Of a stretch of 64,000 nt of DNA, positions 29,192-36,465 are shown in pieces. The notes under the pieces are model-generated. The model searched no databases. It was not told where the DNA came from and saw nothing but the letters and a program-made list of their open reading frames with translations. The DNA is from Candidatus Microgenomates bacterium (GTDB lineage: Bacteria > Patescibacteriota > Microgenomatia > UBA8517 > JACQJR01): assembly GCA_016204995.1 (NCBI GenBank), contig JACQJR010000001.1, positions 473,666-537,665 of the forward strand, read 5' to 3'. A program made the position numbers and the translations under genes. The first letter of the stretch is position 1. The number at the start of each line of letters is the position of its first letter.

Positions 29192-29887
29192 CTACCGTTC
29201 CGTAAAAACATCTAAGCCCCACGCTGTCCATCCATCGGCTTTATTGCGAGCAAATAACTCAATTCGTTTGTGGTGAGGAAACATTTTTTCTATCGCCCCC
29301 ATCACTTCTTTTGGTTTTTCGCTGTGCTCTCCTCTCCGAACTCGCACAAGCTGTTTAATATTTCTTGCGCCTCTCGGTTTTGGTATTTTGCCGCGCTTAA
29401 ATACCAAGCATAACTCACAATTTGAAAGTGTATACTGGCCTGGATTGTGATTCATTTTGTCCCAAACAAAAGCAACGGTTTTGTAATTAAATCCCCACGC
29501 CTCGCCCAATGCGACTGCTTGGGCTAAATGAGGATTTGATGTCCACATGAACAAAAGGCAATCATTATTTGCAATCTCTTGTACTGGTAATTTTTTTAAC
29601 TCTTCCGTTTTGAGTGTTGGATACTTAAACGATGCCGAGCTTATAAATATTTTTCGGGATAAATCGATTTTATCGACGCTAGCACTACTTTTATCAAATT
29701 GCAGTTTGCCATTGTAGTCCCAAGGAGGGTCGGCGTAAATTATATCGAACTTTTGATTGGGTAATTTTGGATAAAGCTCATCCAAAGTGTTTTGCCTTGT
29801 TCGTTTCTTGGCGTCGTGTTTGTAAATTGAATAACCAGTTTGTTTTTTCGATAGACCAAACATAGTTTGTTGACTAATTTCTCTCAT
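29192..29887 (-). CDS. MT-A70-family adenine DNA methyltransferase (M.MunI-like)
   Basis: IIYADPPW, HSEKP, IELFAR; convergent with the REase; start taken at MREISQ. Confidence 0.9.
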   Translation of the reverse strand: MREISQQTMFGLSKKQTGYSIYKHDAKKRTRQNTLDELYPKLPNQKFDIIYADPPWDYNGKLQFDKSSASVDKIDLSRKIFISSASFKYPTLKTEELKKLPVQEIANNDCLLFMWTSNPHLAQAVALGEAWGFNYKTVAFVWDKMNHNPGQYTLSNCELCLVFKRGKIPKPRGARNIKQLVRVRRGEHSEKPKEVMGAIEKMFPHHKRIELFARNKADGWTAWGLDVFTER

Positions 29888-29944
29888 GTTGATAACTGTA
29901 GTATACACATGCTAAAATAACTATGCAAGTGGAATAAGCACAAA

Positions 29945-30694
29945 ATGACAAAATCTTTCAAGGAAATAGCTCATGAAATCCTAAAGGGAGCAGGTAAGCC
30001 GCTTCACAGTAAAGAAATAACGAGAATAGCAAAAGAACGCGGCTTGCTTCAAACCGAAGGAAAAACGCCAGAGGCGACAATGAACGCCCAGCTTCTTGTT
30101 GATGTAAATAGCAGAGGTGAGTTATCAAGCTTTAAAAAAGTTGGACCAAGCACATTTACTATCAATGATAAAAAAGTTGAAATTCAAGAAGAAGCAAAAC
30201 CTGATCGCATCATCGAGGAACTGGAGCTTGAGGAAGAGAAACAGGTTGAGGGTGGATACATTGGAAAAGCTGGTGAACATACCGTACTTTCAGAACTTCT
30301 ATTCCGCGGATACAATGCCGCGCTTATGTCGGTTGATGTTGGCGTAGATATTCTAGCGACGAGAAATAACGAAACTTTCCATATTCAGGTTAAAACGCGG
30401 AATATCAGCAAGCGACATGATGCTTTCCATTTCAATTTACGAATTGTCTCGTTTGAGAGGCACAACGCAGGAAAAACTTTTTATATCTTTGTCTTGAGAG
30501 AAAATGGAAAGCTAGATTATTTGATTTTGCCACTGCTTGAAGTAGAAAAAGCGATAGAGCAAGAATTTGTTCATGTTGTTGGGAAAGGGAAACTCTATCG
30601 CATTACAATTACACGCAGAGAGGGCAAAATTTATCTTGGCAGACGAGATAATGAAGTTTCGTACTTTTTGAATAAATGGGATATTATTAAATAG
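29945..30694 (+). CDS. HARE-HTH domain fused to PD-(D/E)xK nuclease
   Basis: GKPLHSKEI...GKTPEATMNAQL; GKAGEHTVLSELL...GVDILA...IQVKT. Confidence 0.8.
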   Translation: MTKSFKEIAHEILKGAGKPLHSKEITRIAKERGLLQTEGKTPEATMNAQLLVDVNSRGELSSFKKVGPSTFTINDKKVEIQEEAKPDRIIEELELEEEKQVEGGYIGKAGEHTVLSELLFRGYNAALMSVDVGVDILATRNNETFHIQVKTRNISKRHDAFHFNLRIVSFERHNAGKTFYIFVLRENGKLDYLILPLLEVEKAIEQEFVHVVGKGKLYRITITRREGKIYLGRRDNEVSYFLNKWDIIK

Positions 30695-30774
30695 AATTCG
30701 CCAAAAAATTTTTGTGAAGCCCAAGCCAAGGCGCGGCGGTTAAGAATAGTCATGACCTATTATATACTAGCCTA

Positions 30775-31455
30775 ATGGGTTTATCTCTGCTTGACCTAAT
30801 TTTTCCCAGGAAATGTGTTAGCTGTTTTAAGTTTGGTAGTTATCTCTGTAATGATTGTAGAGATAAAATTAAGCCTGGCGCACCGCAGATTTGTCCGGTC
30901 TGTGAGCGAGCTGCTATTGACGGATTAACTCATGTTAGTTGTAAAAATAACCTTGCCTTAGATGGTTTGAGCTATTTATTTATCTATAAACCGCCAATTT
31001 CTCTGCTTTTGAAGAAGCTAAAGTATCAATTTGGGACGGATGTGAAGAATGTTATTTTAGAATTGGCGTTAAATGAACTTAAAAACTACCTCTTAATGAA
31101 AAGAAAATTAACCTTAATTCCTATTCCTTTACATAATTTGCGCCGTAATTGGCGGGGATTTAACCAGTCGGCTTTATTGGGTCAGGAAATAGCTAATAAG
31201 CTGGGCTGGGAATTTCGTGAGGACCTGCTTTGGCGCATAAAATTAAAACCACCTCAAGCGAGCCTTAAAGGCAAAGCCCGCCAAGCTAATGTATCCGGCA
31301 TTTTCTCAACTAATCCTAAGAGCCTAACAGCCCAATTACCTAATGTCCTCTTATTTGACGATGTCTGGACCACTGGTTCTACCATGAAAGAAGCGGCCAA
31401 GGCGCTGAAAAAGGCCGGAGTCAAATTCGTTTGGGGAATAACAATTGCCAGATAA
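30775..31455 (+). CDS. comF: ComF family phosphoribosyltransferase-like protein
   Basis: N-terminal CxxC clusters, RGFNQS, LLFDDVWTTGST. Confidence 0.93.
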   Translation: MGLSLLDLIFPRKCVSCFKFGSYLCNDCRDKIKPGAPQICPVCERAAIDGLTHVSCKNNLALDGLSYLFIYKPPISLLLKKLKYQFGTDVKNVILELALNELKNYLLMKRKLTLIPIPLHNLRRNWRGFNQSALLGQEIANKLGWEFREDLLWRIKLKPPQASLKGKARQANVSGIFSTNPKSLTAQLPNVLLFDDVWTTGSTMKEAAKALKKAGVKFVWGITIAR

Positions 31456-31460
31456 AAAAT

Positions 31461-31787
31461 CTACTCTTTAAACAAAGTTACTTTATTTTGTGAGTCATAT
31501 CTAGTTCCAGTAATTGAGTCATCTACCAGTCTGTCATATGCATGAGGGTTGATTTTAATATAAAAACCAGTTGCTGTTCTTTCAAGAATAACACCATCGC
31601 CTAAGTCATCAAAAAGTAGCTTTTGCACCACTACGGTTAAATCTTTTCCATTATCAGCTAGGCAGGAAATTGTTAAAGGAATTCCGATAATTTTATTGCC
31701 TTCTATCATTATTTGGCCTAGCTTCCGGGTTTCATCCTCGGAAAGGTAAATGTTTAGATCATCATTGAAATATTCAGCGCGTCCCAT
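31461..31787 (-). CDS. Hypothetical protein
   Basis: Start taken at MGRAEYF; the longer track ORF overlaps its neighbour. Confidence 0.6.
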   Translation of the reverse strand: MGRAEYFNDDLNIYLSEDETRKLGQIMIEGNKIIGIPLTISCLADNGKDLTVVVQKLLFDDLGDGVILERTATGFYIKINPHAYDRLVDDSITGTRYDSQNKVTLFKE

Positions 31788-31821
31788 AATCTTTTTCTTC
31801 AAGGGGGTTAATAAGAAATTA

Positions 31822-32700
31822 TTATTTAAGTAAGTTCTCGTCGATATGCCCCGATGCACTTGTTCCGATCTTTCTCCACGATACATGCACATCGCCAGTT
31901 TTTTTATCAAGCGTATTGGTAACGATATGGTACGTGTATTCGGCGGGTACGCCCCAGTCTGCAGGGTGTGTAAGTGCAACCTTAAATGAAATTATTACAT
32001 TGTCTGTATTCTCCATAATCGATACGTTATGAAGCTTGTTTTCGGTAATATAGGTCCAACCTTGACCATAGTAATATTCAAGAAAATTTAAAAAACTGTC
32101 AGCGGTTTTAGGAGAATATTTAAATGTACCAATCGATAGTGAATAATCACTGCCTAGAGTTATGGTATGTTCTTTGGTAGTTGGAGTAAAATAATTGCAA
32201 TTTTCTAATAGAATATGTCTCCAAAAGGATTCTCCCGCAGTTGAAATTACATAGTGGTAATGGGTATCAGCTTTCCAGTGATCAACAAGGTGCCAGGTAC
32301 CATAACCTTCTGCCATTCGTTGTTTTTTCTGTTCGGGTGTCTTTTGAGGGTCATCAAGCACGATGTCGTGATTTTCAGCGGCTAGATATTTTGTAAAAAT
32401 CGACATAGCTGAATCCTCATCGGTTCCACAGAGTTTATAGTACTGTGTTGATGTTGAATCAGTTGGAGTTAATATTCTTGCATCTATGAAATTATATGGC
32501 ACATTATTGGGATTTTTTACATATTTACCGAAACCCAACGATTCAGAGACATTCTTTATTTGAATAACTTTAATTGTCTTGATATCTTGATTTTTATTCG
32601 TTAGTTTCTCTTGTCTAGAAAAAATAAAATAGCTACCACCAATTAGGATTGTACTAATAATTACAATTAGGGCTAGATTCACAAATCCTTTTTTATTCAT
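31822..32700 (-). CDS. Hypothetical protein with N-terminal membrane anchor (MNKKGF...)
   Basis: Start taken just after tRNA-Ser; prepilin-like KKGF followed by a hydrophobic helix. Confidence 0.7.
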   Translation of the reverse strand: MNKKGFVNLALIVIISTILIGGSYFIFSRQEKLTNKNQDIKTIKVIQIKNVSESLGFGKYVKNPNNVPYNFIDARILTPTDSTSTQYYKLCGTDEDSAMSIFTKYLAAENHDIVLDDPQKTPEQKKQRMAEGYGTWHLVDHWKADTHYHYVISTAGESFWRHILLENCNYFTPTTKEHTITLGSDYSLSIGTFKYSPKTADSFLNFLEYYYGQGWTYITENKLHNVSIMENTDNVIISFKVALTHPADWGVPAEYTYHIVTNTLDKKTGDVHVSWRKIGTSASGHIDENLLK

Positions 32701-32705
32701 ATCTG

Positions 32706-32790
32706 CGGAAGGGGCGAGATTCGAACTCGCGTAGGGATTACTCCCTATGGTTTTCAAGACCATCCCGTTTGGCCGCTCCGGCACCCTTCC
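32706..32790 (-). tRNA. tRNA-Ser(TGA)
   Basis: GGAAGGG acceptor, ATGGT-CTTGAAA-ACCAT anticodon arm, long variable arm, GTTCGAATC. Confidence 0.95.
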
Positions 32791-32828
32791 TAGACTTGCG
32801 CGATAAGCGTAGCTTGGCCCTTGCGGGC

Positions 32829-32850
32829 TAAACCGCTCGGCCAACCCTCC
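32829..32850 (-). pseudogene. 5' fragment of a tRNA-Ser-like gene
   Basis: GGAGGGTTGGCCGAGCGGTTTA (acceptor 5' strand and D-arm), then truncated. Confidence 0.55.
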
Positions 32851-32855
32851 AATAA

Positions 32856-33116
32856 TTATTTAGCCATTCCCTCAAAAAGAAGCTTTTTGATTAAAGCTTG
32901 ATAGGGCACATCCATTTTATTAGCCGCTATTTTCAATCTCTCAATCAAAGTTTGCGGTAAGCGGATAGTAATAGGTTTGCTAGTTAATTTGAGGTTGGGA
33001 AACTTTACATTTTTGACAGAACTATAGTCAACATATTCAGTAGAATCATGAGTTTGCCAAAATTTCCTTTCCTCAGCTTCATTTTTAAAGTGGGGTATGG
33101 TTTTTAATTGTTTCAT
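32856..33116 (-). CDS. brnA: BrnA/CopG-like antitoxin
   Basis: EERKFWQTHDS...ITIRLP...VPYQALIK. Confidence 0.85.
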   Translation of the reverse strand: MKQLKTIPHFKNEAEERKFWQTHDSTEYVDYSSVKNVKFPNLKLTSKPITIRLPQTLIERLKIAANKMDVPYQALIKKLLFEGMAK

Positions 33117-33409
33117 ACTTTTTTATAATAAACCTCTCTTTCTTTTTTATTTGCTAGCCTGCCTGATATGACCCTTACTTGATTACTCCTAACAGTAAAT
33201 ACCACAAACAAGATTTTATTCTCTGTAGTTTTACCAATGGCGATAAAACGTTGCTCTTGTTCTTGATGTTTAATATCCTCTTCTATTTTAACATTTTCAT
33301 CCAAAAATATTTCTTCAGTTTCATTGGGTGTAATATTATGTTTTTGATAACTCTTATCAAGGTTGCCTTTATCCCATTCAAACCCAGAAAGTTTTTTAAA
33401 ATCAGTCAC
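33113..33409 (-). CDS. brnT: BrnT family toxin
   Basis: FEWDKGN..K..KH, ERFIAIG-like motif, RVISGR...ER. Confidence 0.9.
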   Translation of the reverse strand: MTDFKKLSGFEWDKGNLDKSYQKHNITPNETEEIFLDENVKIEEDIKHQEQEQRFIAIGKTTENKILFVVFTVRSNQVRVISGRLANKKEREVYYKKV

Positions 33410-33430
33410 TGTACATATTATATATGTACA
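33410..33430. promoter_or_regulatory. Palindromic operator of brnTA
   Basis: TGTACATA-ttata-TATGTACA abutting the brnT start. Confidence 0.65.
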
Positions 33431-33534
33431 AATTTATATTGTCAACATATAATTTTTGTTGAATATGATCTTTCTGCTGAACAGAAACGGTTAGTTTACT
33501 AATTCCCATAATTAGTTTATAATTGGGCTGCCCA

Positions 33535-33618
33535 GGAGGGTGGGCCGGACGGTAAGGCACAGGTTTGCTAAACCTGCAGGGCGAAAGTCCTGAGTGGGTT
33601 CAACTCCCACACCCTCCG
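33535..33618 (+). tRNA. tRNA-Ser(GCT)
   Basis: CAGGT-TTGCTAA-ACCTG anticodon arm, long variable arm. Confidence 0.95.
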
Positions 33619-33625
33619 CTTGTAT

Positions 33626-34147
33626 ATGGATACAACTGCCGAACAAAACAGGGATAGTACTTTGAAAAAAGAGGAGATGCTGTTTTCTTGGAAAGCTCCT
33701 GTGAGGCCATTTAAGGCTCGGGGAAGCCAGTTTTTTTCAACAGTAGTCTTGTTAGGCATTTTACTATCAGTAATTGGCTTTGTTTTAGAAGGACCGATGG
33801 TAGTAGTTCTAGTCTGGGCAGTGGTATTTTTGGTTTTTGTCTTGTTTAGCGTTCCGCCGGAAGAGATTGAATATACTATTACTAATAAAAATATCGTTAT
33901 CGCCGGTAAAAAATATGGTTTGGATGAAGTATCGCGTTTTTGGTTAACCGAAAGGTGGGGGCATAATTTATTAGTTTTTGAGATGCCAGTGAGGTTTCCA
34001 GGCAGACTAGAAATGGTAATTAATTCTGGGGATCGCGAGAAAATTAAAGAGACTTTAGAAAATTATTTAACATATGAGGAAGAACCACCGGGTATGGCTG
34101 ATAAAACAGCTAGCTGGCTGTCTAAAAAGCTATCGCTTGATAATTAA
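33626..34147 (+). CDS. Membrane protein (DUF5673-like)
   Basis: LFSWKAPVRPFK, two TMs, PH-like C-terminus. Confidence 0.75.
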   Translation: MDTTAEQNRDSTLKKEEMLFSWKAPVRPFKARGSQFFSTVVLLGILLSVIGFVLEGPMVVVLVWAVVFLVFVLFSVPPEEIEYTITNKNIVIAGKKYGLDEVSRFWLTERWGHNLLVFEMPVRFPGRLEMVINSGDREKIKETLENYLTYEEEPPGMADKTASWLSKKLSLDN

Positions 34148-34165
34148 CTTGCCCGCAAGGAATAT

Positions 34166-34239
34166 GTGCTCGTAGTTCAATTGGATAGAACACCAGGTTG
34201 CGGACTTGGCGGTTGGAGGTTCGAATCCTCTCGGGCACA
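34166..34239 (+). tRNA. tRNA-Arg(GCG)
   Basis: CCAGG-TTGCGGA-CTTGG anticodon arm, GTTCGAATC. Confidence 0.93.
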
Positions 34240-34251
34240 CTAAATAAATTA

Positions 34252-34328
34252 GGAGAGGTGCAGGGAATGGCTATCCGGACGGTTTCGCCACCGCGAAGCG
34301 GGGTCCCGCTCCGCGGGAAAAACCATCA
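34252..34328 (+). pseudogene. Disrupted 5' half of a tRNA-Ser(CGA)-like gene
   Basis: GGAGAGGTGCAGGGAATGGCTATCCGGACGGTTTCG, then a ~30-bp hairpin insert, then AAAAACCAT. Confidence 0.6.
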
Positions 34329-34329
34329 G

Positions 34330-34411
34330 GGAGGGTTGGCAGAATGGTAATGCGCCGGTTTCGAAAACCGGTGGGCGAAAGCCCATAGAGGTTCGAGCCC
34401 TCTACCCTCCG
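34330..34411 (+). tRNA. tRNA-Ser(CGA)
   Basis: CCGGT-TTCGAAA-ACCGG anticodon arm, long variable arm. Confidence 0.95.
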
Positions 34412-34429
34412 CCCTGAGTTCACCGAAGG

Positions 34430-34503
34430 GCTCTCGTAGCGCAACTGGACAGAGCACCAGCTTCCGGAGTTGGGGGTTGCGAGTTCAAATCTCGCCGAGA
34501 GCA
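34430..34503 (+). tRNA. tRNA-Arg(CCG)
   Basis: CCAGC-TTCCGGA-GTTGG anticodon arm. Confidence 0.93.
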
Positions 34504-34505
34504 CT

Positions 34506-34955
34506 ATGGCAGATGAAATATTTGTTAGCGGAGCCCTGGTTTTCAAACCAAGGGGTAAAAAAACGCTGTGGTTAGTGGTTAAGCCGTCGCATGAAGATGC
34601 TTGGCAATTACCTAAAGGGGTGGTGCGGCCAGGTGAATCTTCGGTCAGGGCGGCCATGCGAACAGTGTCCAAGCTAACTGGATTGCGGGCCAATGTGGTG
34701 GAAGAAATCAGTAGAATTAATACTACCACCACCCGCAACAGCGCTCCTATTCCCCGTAGGACCCTTTATTACTTAATGGAAGGCAAGGAGAAAGATATTG
34801 AAGTAGAAGTTACCCCCAACGTCAGACTGGAATGGAAAGAATTCCCCACGGCCAAATCTAGATTGGCTACTTTAACTGAAAAAAAGATCCTTTCCCAAGG
34901 TCGGTCAGTACTTGCCTCATGGTACAAAAGAGACGGACAAAGACTAATGCAATGA
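34506..34955 (+). CDS. NUDIX-fold protein with degenerate Nudix box
   Basis: WQLPKGVVRPGESSVRAAMRTVSKLTG; the catalytic Glu residues are replaced. Confidence 0.8.
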   Translation: MADEIFVSGALVFKPRGKKTLWLVVKPSHEDAWQLPKGVVRPGESSVRAAMRTVSKLTGLRANVVEEISRINTTTTRNSAPIPRRTLYYLMEGKEKDIEVEVTPNVRLEWKEFPTAKSRLATLTEKKILSQGRSVLASWYKRDGQRLMQ

Positions 34956-35362
34956 AGCGGGAATTTTCTGCCGGTGGAGTAGTCTTCAATGATCAAGGCC
35001 AAGTTCTTTTAATAATAGTTGACGCAGCCAAGCGTCATTACTGGGAATTCCCCAAGGGTCATATTGATGGAGATGAAACAACGAAAGTTGCTGCTTTAAG
35101 AGAAGTAGAGGAAGAAGCTGGTATTAAAACGGAAATTGCGGATAAAATTGATATCTCCAAGTATATTTACACCAGCAGGACCGGCGAGAAAATCTTTAAG
35201 GTAGTGACTTTCTTTTTGATGAAATACCTCAACGGAGAACCAAAGCCGATGGAAGGTGAGATAGCAGAAGTGGGTTGGTTTACTCCCCAAGAAGCGATGA
35301 AGAAATTAAGCTTTGCTCAAGACAAACAACATCTGGCAAAGGCTTTAGAGATGTTAAGTTAG
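34952..35362 (+). CDS. NUDIX hydrolase (Ap4A hydrolase-like)
   Basis: PKGHIDGDETTKVAALREVEEEAG. Confidence 0.92.
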   Translation: MKREFSAGGVVFNDQGQVLLIIVDAAKRHYWEFPKGHIDGDETTKVAALREVEEEAGIKTEIADKIDISKYIYTSRTGEKIFKVVTFFLMKYLNGEPKPMEGEIAEVGWFTPQEAMKKLSFAQDKQHLAKALEMLS

Positions 35363-35390
35363 CGGGCGCTTTGTTTTGATATAATGCGCT

Positions 35391-35741
35391 ATGGATGAAC
35401 AATGGAAAATACTCTTATACAGAACTCTTCAAGGAGACTCGCCAGTACAAAAATTCATTAATAGTTTAGAATTAAGAGCGCAAGCAAAAGTTTATGATGC
35501 AATAAACTTATTGAGGAATTTTGGCATAAAGTTAGGTTCACCACACGTCAAGAAAGTGGCTGGAACTCAAATCTGGGAACTGCGCATTTTAGGAGCGGAT
35601 AGTATACGATTGTTTTATATTGCCATAACTGGTAAAACATTCTTAATCTTGCATGGCTTCAAAAAGAAAAAGGATAAGACTTCGCCAAAAGAGATTAGAA
35701 TCGCCGAAGAAAGACTAGTAAATCATAGATCTCGGGTATAA
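35391..35741 (+). CDS. RelE/HigB-like (Gp49) toxin
   Basis: IWELRI...RLFY...LHGFKKK..KT..KEI. Confidence 0.88.
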   Translation: MDEQWKILLYRTLQGDSPVQKFINSLELRAQAKVYDAINLLRNFGIKLGSPHVKKVAGTQIWELRILGADSIRLFYIAITGKTFLILHGFKKKKDKTSPKEIRIAEERLVNHRSRV

Positions 35742-35742
35742 A

Positions 35743-35805
35743 TTGAAATCTTGCAATTATAAGCAGAGCTTGAAATTTGCAATTATAGCAGTTCTGCTAT
35801 ATAAT
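35743..35805. promoter_or_regulatory. Internal promoter/operator of the antitoxin
   Basis: Imperfect direct repeat TTGAAATCTTGCAATTATAAGCAG / TTGAAATTTGCAATTATAGCAG; palindrome TATAGCAG-tt-CTGCTATA overlapping TATAAT. Confidence 0.6.
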
Positions 35806-35814
35806 AGATTTATT

Positions 35815-36105
35815 ATGAAAAATTATGGACATTTAGATTGGAAAGATTTTGAAAAAGAATTACTGGCAAGGCCTGATTTCAAAGAAGCACAAAAGGAAAC
35901 AAGACTTGAGTATGAGATTGCTAGAGCTTTGATCAAGGCCAGACTTGAAAAAGGCTTAACTCAAGCTGAGATTGCCAGAAGGATGAATACTAAACAATCT
36001 GTTATTTCTCGCGTTGAAAACGCCAGAACTATACCTTCTCTTGCTTTCTTAAAAAGATTGGCAGAGGTTTTAAATGCTTCTTTAGAAGTCCAATTTAAAT
36101 TCTAA
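35815..36105 (+). CDS. HigA-like XRE antitoxin
   Basis: GLTQAEIARRMNTKQSVISRVE; start taken at MKNYG. Confidence 0.88.
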   Translation: MKNYGHLDWKDFEKELLARPDFKEAQKETRLEYEIARALIKARLEKGLTQAEIARRMNTKQSVISRVENARTIPSLAFLKRLAEVLNASLEVQFKF

Positions 36106-36115
36106 AATTATTTAT

Positions 36116-36379
36116 CTATATTTCTATCAACTTGTCTATAGATACCCCGAGCACTTTAGCAATTTTCCACATCACAAATACAGTTGGATGGTACTTACCT
36201 AATTCTAAATGTCCCACATAAGTCAAATGTAACCCTGCCTTATCAGCTAATTCCTGTTGGGTCATTTTCTTATTCCTTCTAGCCTCTTTTATTTGCTGAC
36301 TTAAATGTTTAGCAAACTTATCCTTGAGTCTTCTATTCTCCTTAGCATCTACCGGAGTTTTGAAATTTAAAGTAGCCAT
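36116..36379 (-). CDS. XRE-family HTH regulator
   Basis: MTQQELADKAGLHLTYVGHLELG. Confidence 0.88.
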   Translation of the reverse strand: MATLNFKTPVDAKENRRLKDKFAKHLSQQIKEARRNKKMTQQELADKAGLHLTYVGHLELGKYHPTVFVMWKIAKVLGVSIDKLIEI

Positions 36380-36465
36380 ACCTTAAATTTTCTAGAGTAG
36401 TCATATATTTTTATATAGCGTACTCATCTAATTTCTGATAAGATATTGATGGAGAAATTACCTAT

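Larger units (their letters stand above)
28230..30708. mobile_element. Restriction-modification cassette bounded by 20-bp inverted repeats, next to the tmRNA 3' end
   Basis: 28230-28249 tttttttgcgaattctattt versus 30689-30708 aaatagaattcgccaaaaaa: 19/20 complementary. Confidence 0.55.

Noticed and set aside
28216-30750. Integrase-type island with a duplicated tmRNA 3' end
   Set aside because: No integrase and no second copy of the tmRNA 3' end was found by eye.
32701-34505. Track ORF extensions 31822..32844, 33568..33759, 34271..34738, 34470.. and similar
   Set aside because: They run across tRNA genes; starts were reassigned downstream or the ORFs were discarded.
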